Positions 47,270 to 57,494 of a stretch of 64,000 nucleotides of DNA are shown here, in pieces. Position 1 is the stretch's first letter. Every line of letters begins with the position of its first letter. The position numbers were made by a program, and so were the translations under genes. The DNA comes from Squalus acanthias (lineage: Eukaryota). Under the pieces are notes generated by a model that was not told the origin of the DNA, searched no databases, and worked only from the letters and a program-made list of their open reading frames with translations. Location: positions 148,058,001 through 148,122,000 of the forward strand of contig CM059432.1 of assembly GCA_030390025.1 (NCBI GenBank), written 5' to 3'.

Positions 47270-48453
47270 GGCCTGGATTTGTGGTCAGTGGCGAAGGAAC
47301 GGCGCTTGCCGTTCATGATGCTTACACTTGCCCGCAGACTTTTCATGGGCTTTTGAGTGGCAGCTTTTCATGGCCTAGAAATCCGTATGGTTTGCGTTGT
47401 TACAGCCATGAAACGGTAAAAATAACGGCGGCCGTCAGGCAGGTGCTGCAGCGGCGGCCGCCATTTTTGGCAGATCCGCAGCGCTGCCGTAGCCTGCTCT
47501 CGGCGAGAGTGTTTTAATGAGGTGGAGCACGACATCAATCAGCGTGCAATGCCAAGTTGATGCCAACTCATCGCGTTGCTGCCCGCTCTAAATCACGCCG
47601 TGAGTGCGGCCGCTAAAAGGCGTTAACGGCCAGGAGGAGTCTGGCAGGACTTATGAGGATGGACGCCGGAACTTCAAACACCTCCTTTGCCAAGGTCCCT
47701 CTTTTCAACTTTCATTTTTTACCCATCAGTGGCGGGAGCGGGGGGGGTGGGGGGGTTTTGGGGTGGGGTGGCAGGAGGGGTTGGGGGTGGGGGACTGGCG
47801 GGAGGGGGCGGGGGGGTTGGGGGTGGGGGCTGGCGGGAGCGGGGGGGGTGGGGGGGTTTTGGGGGGGTGGCGGGAGCGGGGGGGTGGGGTGGCGGGAGCG
47901 GGGGGGGTGGGGGGGTTTTGGGGGGGTGGCGGGAGCGGGGGGGAGGGGGGGTTAGGGGTGGCGGGAGCGGGGTGGGTGGGGTGCCGGGAGCGGGGGGGGT
48001 GGGGGAGTTTTTGGGGGGTGGCGGGAGTGGGGGGAAGGGGGGGTTGGGGGTGGTGGGAGCGGGGGGGGTGGGGGGGTTTTGGGGGGGTGGCGGGAGCGGT
48101 GGGGAGGGGGGGTTGGGGGGTGGCGGGAGCGGGGGGGGGTGGGGTAGCGGAAGCGGGGGGGGTGGGGGGGTTTTGGGGGGGTGGCGGGAGCGGGGGGAGG
48201 GGGACCTTGGGGGTGGCGGGAGCGGGGGGGGTGGGGGGGTTGGGGGTGGGGGGTTGGCGGGAGGGGGCGGGAGGGTTTTGGGGTGGGGTGGCGGAAGGGG
48301 TTGGGGGTGGGGGGGTGGCAGGAGGGTTTTGGGGTGGGGTGGCGGGAGCGGGGGGGTGGGGGGCTGGGAGCGGGGGGTGGGGGGGGTTTGCATTTTCTGG
48401 CAGCTTTCCGGGAGGCCTACAGTGTTTGTGGGTCAGTAAATAATTTCACCCTC
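47270..48453. mobile_element. Non-autonomous Harbinger carrying a G-rich minisatellite
   Basis: Ends GGCCTGGATTTG / AATTTCACCCTC with flanks AAT/AAC; left 130 bp homologous to 18686-18820. Confidence 0.75.
47729..48387 (+). repeat. G-rich minisatellite with quadruplex-forming potential
   Basis: Reiterated GTGGCGGGAGCG(G)nTG(G)nTTTT(G)n units; dozens of G>=3 runs on one strand. Confidence 0.9.
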
Positions 48454-49212
48454 AACAACAACACACCATTTCCTATTAATACTCGACTCAACAACTGAAC
48501 CTAAACATCAGTTGTTGCTGTTCAATGTCCGCAAAAAACATAACACTTCGCAGTGAGATTCACCTCCACTTCTGCTGATGCTGCTCTTGGTAATGAAATG
48601 TTATTCCATTTATTGATACAGGTCAATAGTATAATTGCATCTGCCTAAACTGAAAACCAAATATGATCGAACTACCTTGGCCACCTGCGGTGGTGGATTC
48701 AGTCTGTATCAGATGACAACCCTCACAGTTGGATTTCAGATGGATCGGCCCAGATAATCAACGGGCCCCGTTAGGCACAGAAGAATAACTAAACACAGCG
48801 ATGAGACTCTAGCGGACCTGTTCCCAGATTAGATACTTATACAAGTATTTTCCATGAACCCTTTAATAAGTGAGCAGCCACCACAGGATTGACTACATTT
48901 GCAGTCAGGCACCTCTCAGTCTTTGCAACACAACAGGGAATATCGACATTTCACTTACTCGTTTATTATATGGAGAAATATATGTAATGAGCCAGCATTA
49001 TATGTCCCAGGATATGTATTATCTAAGAATAATTTCATGCAATTATTGAGCCTTCATGAATTATACAACGCGAATCGACCATATGTTTTTACCAATCAAT
49101 CAATGGGTGAACTCCCTTGCAACGATTGAAGATGATCTGCGATAACATTTCTTTTATCTGCATTCATGTCATAAACAAATAAAAAATCGACAAACATCAG
49201 GTGGCAGCTAGT

Positions 49213-50198
49213 GGGCCGGATTTTCCGATCGGAGGCTCTCTGTGGGCGGATGCCTCCGATCGGGAAAAATCTACGCACTTACCTGCTGGCTCCGTAGGTC
49301 GTGAGACTTCCGCTCCTGGGCCTCGCCGGGTCCGTTCGGACAGAGGCCCAGGTATCTCAGGGGAGCAGGCGGTCCGCAAGCACTCCCGGGATCACGTGGG
49401 CCATGGGGAACCAATCAAAGAAGGGAATCCCCCTTCACACTTTTGACAGGTCTCTCCGCACAGAACTGTCAAAAGTATGAATGGGGATCACTTAAAAAAC
49501 AGTTAAACATGAAATAATTTTTTTTTAAATCACGTATTGAAAATTAGTTAAAATTACATTAAATTAAATATTTTAAACAAAAATTTAATTTTTTGAAAAT
49601 AATAATTAAAGTTTTTTATGGGGCTAAAAATAAACTTGTTGTGGCTGCCGCGAAACATGAATTAAAGCCGAGTCCATGTGTGGAACACAAAAGCTTTTTA
49701 TTACATCTGCCTGCTAAGATGGCTGCTAACACTAGAATCTGGAAGGTGCTGAGGCCCCGCCCACTCCTTTTCTCCTGCCTTAAAGCAAGGTGCCTTAAAG
49801 GCAAGGTGCCCGATTTATTGTCCGCAGACGGAAAAGTGGATTGCGCCCGTTTAGGTGGCGATCCGCCACAAACTTACCTTTTTTAAAAGTATTTTTAAAT
49901 TATAATTGAGTGAAAAAAAAAATTATTTTTTATTTTTTTAAAACTCTTATGCTGGTAAAAGCAGGCCTTACGCCTGCTTTTACCAGGCGGAAGATTTTTA
50001 AAGGTTTTCAGCGGGCGAAGGTTGTGTAGAAAGCGGAACTCTCCCCCCACAGAGGCCCTTCTCCCCGGGGCAGGCGGAGGATCTGTCCAGATCGGAAGTG
50101 CTGGGTTTTATAGTGCGTGCGCTTCGCATGCCTGAAACCGGCACTTGCGAGGCCCCCACGACTGCGTACCCACCCGCGGGGGTCGGAATATCCGGCCC
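49213..50198 (-). mobile_element. Hairpin-rich non-autonomous Harbinger (reverse orientation) with a nested solo LTR
   Basis: TIR GGGCCGGATTTT / AATATCCGGCCC; flanks AGT/AAT; reverse complement of the 38876 and 59445 elements. Confidence 0.92.
49637..49870 (-). mobile_element. Solo LTR, 234 bp (Gypsy-like by its 4-bp TSD)
   Basis: TGTTGTGG...CCGCCACA termini; AACT/AACT TSD; absent from sister MITE copies; AATAAA on the minus strand at ~49697-49702. Confidence 0.8.
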
Positions 50199-50202
50199 AA
50201 TA

Positions 50203-50469
50203 TTTTTGGAGGACGTACAGCAACTGTTGGGGTCGCTCCTTTCTTCCCCGTTCCCCTGCACGGCAAGCGAGAGACAGAGGCGACCTTTGGCCTCCTCCTG
50301 AGATTAGCGCTGCAAAGAGCGCGTTGCACTAGAAAATCCCCGCCACGCTGATGTTAATGAGCAGGCGGTGCCAAGATGCCGGTGCTGCCTGCGCTCTCTC
50401 GGCTGGCGGCCGTTATCCTCGGCTGCCGATGTTACCGGCTGGTTTTCAGCGTTCCCCAATTTCTAGGCC
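50203..50469. mobile_element. Isolated Harbinger terminal fragment
   Basis: CpG-rich stretch ending AATTTCTAGGCC. Confidence 0.55.
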
Positions 50470-50555
50470 ACGGTTCCTCGAGATCAAGTCCAACACGCCG
50501 CCCTCTACAGGGAATCTATGGCATGTGTGAGCAGGAAAAGCAACATTGTGGTCAC

Positions 50556-50934
50556 AGAAACATAGAAGATAGGAGCAGGAGTAGGCCATTTGGCCCCTCG
50601 AGCCTGCTCCGCCATTCGATGAGATCATGGCTGATCATCCAAATTCAGTACCCTGTCCCTGCTTTCTCCCCATATCCCTTGATCCCTTTCGCCTTAAGAA
50701 ATATATCTAACTCCTTCTTGAATATATTTCATGAATTGGCCTCAACTGCCTTCTGTGGCAGAGAACTCCACAGGTCCACCACCCCCTGGGCGAAGAAACT
50801 CCTCCTCATCTCAGTCCTAAATGGCTTACCCCCTATCCCCAGACTGTGGCCTCTGGTTCTGGACTCCCCCGCCATCGGGAACATCCCTCCTGCATCTAGT
50901 CTGTCTAGTCCTGCCAGAACTCTACAAGTTTCAA
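50556..50934 (-). mobile_element. CR1 3' fragment
   Basis: GLDRLDAGGMFPMAGESRTRGHSL..EMRRSFFAQGVVDLWSSLP; tail at ~50556. Confidence 0.9.
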
Positions 50935-51118
50935 GGTAATTAAATTCCGCTCCATAGTGTCCGGTGTATTTCGGCGTTACGGGTGCTGATTCAGGTCCAA
51001 AATGGCGTCTGCTGAACACGTGAAAACTTCTGGTGCGGGCAGCGCTGGACGCCATTTTCGGTAGATCGTTAGCGCGGGCACTGGGATCGTGCGTGCAAGT
51101 ATGGATATTACGCAGATC

Positions 51119-51270
51119 GTGACGTAAATCAGTGTGCAACGTTAATTTGACGCCAGGACTGTCATTGTCAACGTGAACGTGCCAACTAATGCCCTCTCTT
51201 AACCTTGCACAGTTGAACATGCATTCAGCAGCAGGAAGGACCCCTCACCAATGCTATTTAAAGGGATCAT
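51119..51270 (+). promoter_or_regulatory. Putative transposase promoter cassette (CRE-like, TGCAA and TATA-like motifs); representative copy
   Basis: TGACGT..GTGTGCAACG..TTGACGCC, then TATTTAAAGGGATCAT at 51255, 176 bp upstream of ATG 51431; the same cassette occurs in A, B, D and F. Confidence 0.55.
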
Positions 51271-51430
51271 CAACTGCTTTCAGGGTAGTTGCTGATTGAT
51301 TTCTACTGGCTCTTGGTGAGTTTGTAGAAGAGTTTGGCGGTTTGTTATCTTATTTAAAGTTGCTGTAGTGTCCAGGGAGTGGTGTGGCACGTTACTGCAA
51401 GGCTCCTGCTCAGACCAGCTGCTCCCAGAC

Positions 51431-52438
51431 ATGGGTGCTGTAGTTTGTATCTCCCTTGGACTGCACCATGACAGGGGGAGTGGAGGCAACAGAGAGGAGG
51501 ACAAGCTGCTTGAAGAGGGAGGAGGGTGAGAAGGGCTTTCAGCAGGAGGCTATACCCACCCAAGGTCTTCAGGGAGCAATACTCCTACCTCAACCTCAGC
51601 GAGGAACAGTGTGTGCGACGTCTTTGCTTCACTAAGGAGGTGCTCACTGAAATCTGCCGGCAGAACTGCAGCCTCAGAGCAGGGCGAGGCCGGCATTGCC
51701 AGTGGCTGTGAAGGTCAGCGTGGCCTTGAATTTTATGCGTCAGGCTCCTTCCAGGCTGGAGTCGGCGATATTTCCAACACCCCCCAGTTTACCATGCACT
51801 GTTGCATAACAGAGGTCACTGAGGCTCTGTATGCAAAGAAAGGTGAATACATTTCATTCTCTCTTGCCAGATAGAAGCAGGGAAAGCGAGCATGCGGCTT
51901 CACCAGGATAGCAGGCTTCCCCATGGTGCAGGGTGCCATTGACTGCACACACGGCACTTTGTGACTTGGGAGATGTACCGCAACCGGAAGTGATTCAATT
52001 CCCTTAATGTGCAGCTGGTGTGCGACCATACTCAGCGCACCATGCAGGTCAATGCCCGGTATCCTGCAGCAGTCATGATGCCTTCATTCTGTGGCAGTCC
52101 GCTGTACCATCCGCATTTGAACCACCATGACAAACCAAAGGGTGGCTATTGGGCAACAAGGGCTATCTGCTGACCACCTGGCTCACGACTCCAGTGCGCA
52201 ACCCAAGCGCGTGTGGGCAACATGCATTCATACAACGAAAGCCACACTGCCACACGGAATGTCATCGAGCAGTTGATTGGGGTGCTTAAACAACGCTTCA
52301 GTTGCCTGGATCACTCTGGAAGAACACTGCAGTACTCGCCAGAACGCATCTCAAGATTTGTGGTAGTCTGCTGCATGCTGCAGAACCTCGCCATCATGAG
52401 GGCGCAGCCCTTGCCATACTCGTATACAGTGAAGAGCT

Positions 52439-52471
<33 letters not shown>

Positions 52472-52580
52472 AGGAGGAAGAGGAGGAGGAGGAGGAGGAG
52501 GAGGAAGAGATGAGGCAACCAACACAGTCCCTTTCTGGCGGGTCAGTCTGTGATTGACTCATTCGACTACGGTACCAGTG
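51431..52580 (+). pseudogene. Harbinger transposase (element G), disrupted
   Basis: YPPKVFREQYSYLNLSEEQCVRRL, FYASGSFQ, GAIDCTH, RNVIEQLIGVLKQRF; (GAG)n tail; frameshifts and a stop. Confidence 0.92.
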
Positions 52581-52751
52581 AACAAAATCACAATTCCCCA
52601 TTCACTAACAGTCTACTCCTTACCTTTCCTCTGTTACTGACCATCACAGTGTCTTCTTGGCCACAAAGCTACAATAAAAGCCACCACAAAACAAATATTC
52701 CAAACCAACTTTATAAATCAAACCATCCAATATTACATATCAAAGTCAACT

Positions 52752-54684
52752 AATCACCATTGTTCCTTTCCTTAGTGCCTGTGCCTGTCCTAGTGCTCCT
52801 ACGCAGTGCTACCCCACTGGCTGCAGCATGGCTGGTGGATGGCTACTGACTTTAAGTGGGGGGATGACCTCAAGCAGCTCTTGACCTAGAAGGTCCGGCT
52901 TCAGACTGCACCACCTCGGCAGCAATCTGGGCTTGCTGGCTGACAAGCAAAAGCAAGGGCTCTGGCGGATTGGCAGTGGTGGGAGCACGAATGCTGTCAT
53001 TCTGAGAGAGAACAATAGGTTCGTGCTCCACGGAGCCATTGTCAATCCCGCGGTGCGACACCCCAGCAATCCTAGTATTCTGTTGGAGGACCAATTGCTG
53101 GACTGCTGAGAGACCCTGCAAGCCCGGTTCAATACTGGTAACCGCAGCCAGGATGGCAGCATTCTGAGCTTGCGTAGCAGCAAGCTGAGCCTGTATGAGA
53201 GCAGTCTGAACTTACATGACAGAAGTCTGAGCTTCCACTGCAGCACTCAGACATTGGGTGGCTTCTACTTGTGCGGCCATCAGTCGCTGCATCATGGTTG
53301 GGTCCACAAGTGCGCTAATGCAGTTGGCCATCACTTCCATGCTGGAAAGGATGGGCTCCAAGCTCTGCGCACGGTTGGTGCCTGACTCCTCCCTGCTCCT
53401 TGACATTGCACTCAGGCTTTCTTGCAGGCCTGCCAATGCACCAAGCATTTCATTGTGCATACCCATCAGCGTTCTTCCATAGGCCGCCCCATCAATGTCC
53501 TCATCTGAGTCCCGTGCAGCAGAACACGTGTGTGACCTCACCCTCCGGCAAGCTGGCACCTGCGCTACCCTTTCCCCCTGCCCTGGCTGCAGGCCACTCG
53601 TCCCTGGTGTCTCACCACATGCAGATCCGACATCTAACCTATCCTCTTAAGTACGCAGAGTGTCAGTCTCTGGGTTGGTGGCTACGAGTGTGAAGTCGAG
53701 TGACGGTGTATTTTCAGCATCACCGCCTTCTTCCTCTTGCACTTCCCACTCCTCCACCACTGCCTGGCCAGGTTGCAGTTCTTGGCTATCTGAAAGCAGA
53801 AAGGCACAAGGGTACAGCTGTGGTGGGTGGACGGGGGGAAAGCAAGAGCTGCATTTGTAAAGCAGAACAGATTGTGGGATGAGGGCGAAGTGGAATGTGT
53901 GAAGGAGGATTAGGTATAAGGATTGTTTCAGTCCCACCGCTAGCCACGGCCACAGCGATGGCTGCTCCAATGATGGCGACCACCGTCTCCTCCATGGGGG
54001 TTAGGACATGCAGGCACGCCTGTCTCCCTGCGGGTAGCCCCTGCTGCCTCCGGTTGTGAGCCACCTTGTCCTGCAAGAGAGAGGGAAGTGTGTCAGTGAG
54101 TGCGGTGCAATGTGTTTGGGTGATGTGCCTGTCACGGTTGAATAGCTGGCAGTGTGTGCAAGGTGTGAGATGTGGATGTGAGTCTTGCAGCAGTGCTAAG
54201 TGTGTGCGGGTGAGGTGAAGCTATGAATGTGAGGTATGAGTCGTGATTGCTAGAGATTGTTGGTAGGTGAGAGAAGGTGGGTGGTGAATTGAGCAGTGTG
54301 TGAGGCTAGTGGTTCATTCGTGAGGATATGGCATTTGAGGATGAATTCACTGGCCTTGACTACTCGTGTGAGGTCTTTAAACTTGGTGCGGCACTGCATC
54401 AGGTCCTCGGGGCTACACTGCTGGCATTGACCGCGATGGCTATCTGCTCCCATTGCCTTCTCAGAGTTTGTCTGGAGGGCCTCCTGCTCCCCTATGGATA
54501 GAGGACCTCTCTCCTCCTGTCCACCTCCTGTACCAACACCTCCAGTGCTGCGTCAGAGAATCTTGGAGCCTGCTCCCTGGTGTTTCAGCCCCGCCACTGG
54601 CCACGGCCTCAGTGATGGCTGCTCCAATGATGGCGACCACCGTCTCCTCCATGGGGGTTAGGTCATGTTGGGCTGTTACTCCAT
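52752..54684 (-). pseudogene. Harbinger Myb/SANT partner gene (element G), 3 exons, disrupted
   Basis: QAPRFSDAALEVLV..MQCRTKFKDLTRVVK; TTGCAG|DKVAHNRRQQ; TTTCAG|exon 3 with acidic and helical regions. Confidence 0.85.
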
Positions 54685-55053
54685 GTTGTTCCTGCTCAGA
54701 CTCTCTTCTCCAGCCAGTTGAATTACCTGCTACAGCCAAAATGCACGTCCCCCTTAAGAGTCACAGACTGGCTTTAAGAAGTGCAGGCTAGCTTTAAGTG
54801 GTGCTAGCCTTGCACAAACCTGGGCCCGCTGCTCAGGCATGTAGCCAATCAGCAGTGTGCACAGCGCTGGGCTGCACGCCTGAATCATTATAATTAGCAG
54901 GCAGCACGGAGTTCACACGCTGCCTGCATTACTTTGAACGGGCGCGGGTTAATTGCGCATCGCGATCCCCGCGCCCATTTTCGGGGGAAATCGAATTTTT
55001 AGCCCCAGGTCTCTTCAACCAATTAGATTGAAGAATCCTCACTCAGACACATA

Positions 55054-56092
55054 GGCCCTGATATTGATAGGGGTGTGTTTCTACAGCGGGGTGGGTGGGG
55101 GCGCCGGGGGGTGTTGTGGAGTTTTAACTCCACGGCTTGCATTTTCTTGTTTTCTACAGGATCCCCGTCTGGAAGTCAACCTGATTGATAGGCCACAGCC
55201 GCAGGAGCAGGTACGGAACCTGCTGCTGTGTTAGTGTGAGCGTAGGAGGTTCCGATCCCCGACCTGAGATCTCGGGGATCTGATCCCTGACCCGGGGGAG
55301 GGTCCGAACTCAGCAGGTGGGTGTCCGATCCCAGATCCCGGGGTGGGGTCTGATTCATGATCCAAGGGCGGGGGGGGGGGGGTGTGGTCCAATCCCAGGA
55401 GGGTATCTTTGTATGGGGGGGTCTGATCCTAGATCACAGGAGGGTATCCGATCCCCAATCTCAGGGGGTTCTGATCCCAGGGGCGTCTGATCCCTGATCC
55501 CGGCGGGGGGTGGGGTGGGGTGGCGATGGACGGGTGGTCCAATCCCAGGAGGGTATCTTTGAATGGGGGGGGGTCCGATCCTAGATCACAGGAGGGTATC
55601 CGATCCCCAATCTCAGGGGGTTCCGATCCCAGGGGGTCTGATCCCTGATCCCGGGGGGGCGGTGGGCGGGGGATGGACGGGTGGTCCAATCCCAGGAGGG
55701 TATCTTTGGATGGGGGGAGTCCGATGGCCGGGAAGAAGATTTGCTTGAGGGGCTGGGTGGACGAACTCCTGCTCCTCCTGGTCCACAAGCAGTGCTGTAA
55801 AGGCACTTACCTTTTCTACGAAGCTGTCCTCGCCTCCCTTGAGCTGTCGGGATTCCCGTTACCGGCCGGGGTTAAACCTGTAAGATATGTTAAATGTGAG
55901 GCTCCCAGCATCATTATAATATTTATATGGCTTACCCGCCTCCTGAGAATGGGTTGGTTGCCATCCCTCTGCACTATTAAACCCGGAAGTGGGCGGGTTG
56001 GAGGCAGGTTGGGGTTGGGTTTAAGATTTTTAAAATTTTTTCATCTCACCTGACCCCAGCCTACCCTTTTTGGGGGGGTTAAAATTACCCCC
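55054..56092. mobile_element. Non-autonomous Harbinger with an internal ~150-bp GATC-rich tandem repeat
   Basis: Ends GGCCCTGATATT / AAAATTACCCCC; block GTGGTCCAATCCCAGGAGGGTATCTTTG at 55384, 55534 and 55681. Confidence 0.7.
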
Positions 56093-56139
56093 GCAGAGTC
56101 TAAGCCAGGAAGTATAAATCAGAATATTTAATTCAATAT

Positions 56140-56405
56140 CCCATGGTACTATTTCGAAGAAGAATAGGGGAGTTCTCCCCAGTGTCCTGGCCAATATTTA
56201 TCCCATAACCAACACCTAAAAAAGAACAGATTATCTGGTCATTATCACATTGCTGTTGTGGGAGCTTGCTGTGCGCAAATTGACTGCCGTGTTTCCTACA
56301 TTACAACAGTGACTACACTTCAAAAGTTACTTAATTTACTGTAAAGTGCTTTGGGGTGTCCCAAGGTTTTGAAAGGCACTATATAACTGCAAGTCTTTCT
56401 TTCTT
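56140..56405 (+). mobile_element. DeuSINE 3' half
   Basis: CCCATGGTACTATTTCGAAGAAGA..GGGGAGTTCTCCCCAGTGTCCTGGCCAATATTTATCCC followed by the tail. Confidence 0.85.
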
Positions 56406-56653
56406 CATATGTTGGAAGGCAAGAAATGAGTCCAAATGTAAATAATTCCTGATAATGGGAAAGGGCCGACTAAAATCTCATCTTGGCAACAGTAACTAAT
56501 ATGTTTTGACATTATTAGCTCACCAAACCTACAAGTCTTACTACAAACCTTTAGTAGGTTGTTTTAAAATGCCTCCTACAGATTCCTCAACACCTTTGGA
56601 TGACTGTGAATATATGCAGTATGGCTGTTAAAAGATGACTCAGGATAAAATAT

Positions 56654-57494
56654 TAATTCAGAAAACCTTTCTTCAATTTTCCTTTTTTGTCTCAAGAGGA
56701 ACATAAGAACATAAGAAATAGGAGCAGGAATAGGCCACTTGGCCCCTCGAGCCTGCTCCATCATTCAATAAGATCATGGCTGATCTTGGGCTCAAAGCCA
56801 CTTCCCCGCCCGCTCCCCATAACCCTTCACTCCCTTATCTTGCAAAAATCTGTCTATCTCCACCTTAAATGTATTTAATGACCCAGCCTCCACAGCTCTC
56901 TGGGGCAGAGAATTCACAGATTTACGACCCTCTGAGAGAAGAAATTCCTCCTCATCTCAGTTCTAAAAGGACGACTCTTTATTCTAAAAAAAATGTTTAA
57001 ATTGTAATTAATTAACCACTTACCTTGTTAAAAACAGGCCTTGCGCCTCCTTTTTAAAAGCGCAGCTTCTTCATACTTACCCTCCCGGAGAAACCTGAAA
57101 AAAAATCGAAGTTCGCTGCGTGCGCGCTGCCTCTACCGCGCACGCGTTCGACTTCTGAACCCCTCCCTTCAGGGGAACAGAAGTTCCAGTTTCCCACGCA
57201 TGCGCAGTGCATACAGGAAACCAGCACTTCAGGTGGCCTTACGGGTGAGTACACAGCGCGTACTCACCCGACAAGAGCCGAATTTCTGGCCCAATAATTC
57301 AGAAAACCTTTCTTCAATTTTCCTTTTTTGTGTCAAGAGGAACATAAGAACATAAGCAATAGGAGCAGGAATAGGCCACTTGGCCCCTCGAGCCTGCTCC
57401 GCCATTCAATAAGATCATGGCTGATCTAGGGCTCAAAGCCACTTCCCCGCCCGCTCCCCATAACCCTTCACTCCCTTATCTTGCAAAAGTCTGT
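56654..57494. repeat. 200-bp direct duplication (56654-56853 and 57295-57494) around a half-MITE
   Basis: Both copies run TAATTCAGAAAACC...TTGCAAAA.TCTGT with few substitutions and include a CR1 3' tail (-). 56987-57292 is the reverse complement of the left ~300 bp of the 21308 MITE. Confidence 0.9.

Larger units (their letters stand above)
50935..55005. mobile_element. Harbinger element G (near full-length, decayed)
   Basis: Ends GGTAATTAAATT / AATTTTTAGCCC with flanks CAA/CAG; transposase (+) and Myb (-) convergent; no nested foreign element. Confidence 0.88.

Noticed and set aside
47604..48498. Long Gly-rich and Pro-rich ORFs (up to 279 aa)
   Set aside because: Artefacts of a stop-free G-rich tandem repeat; open in several frames on both strands.
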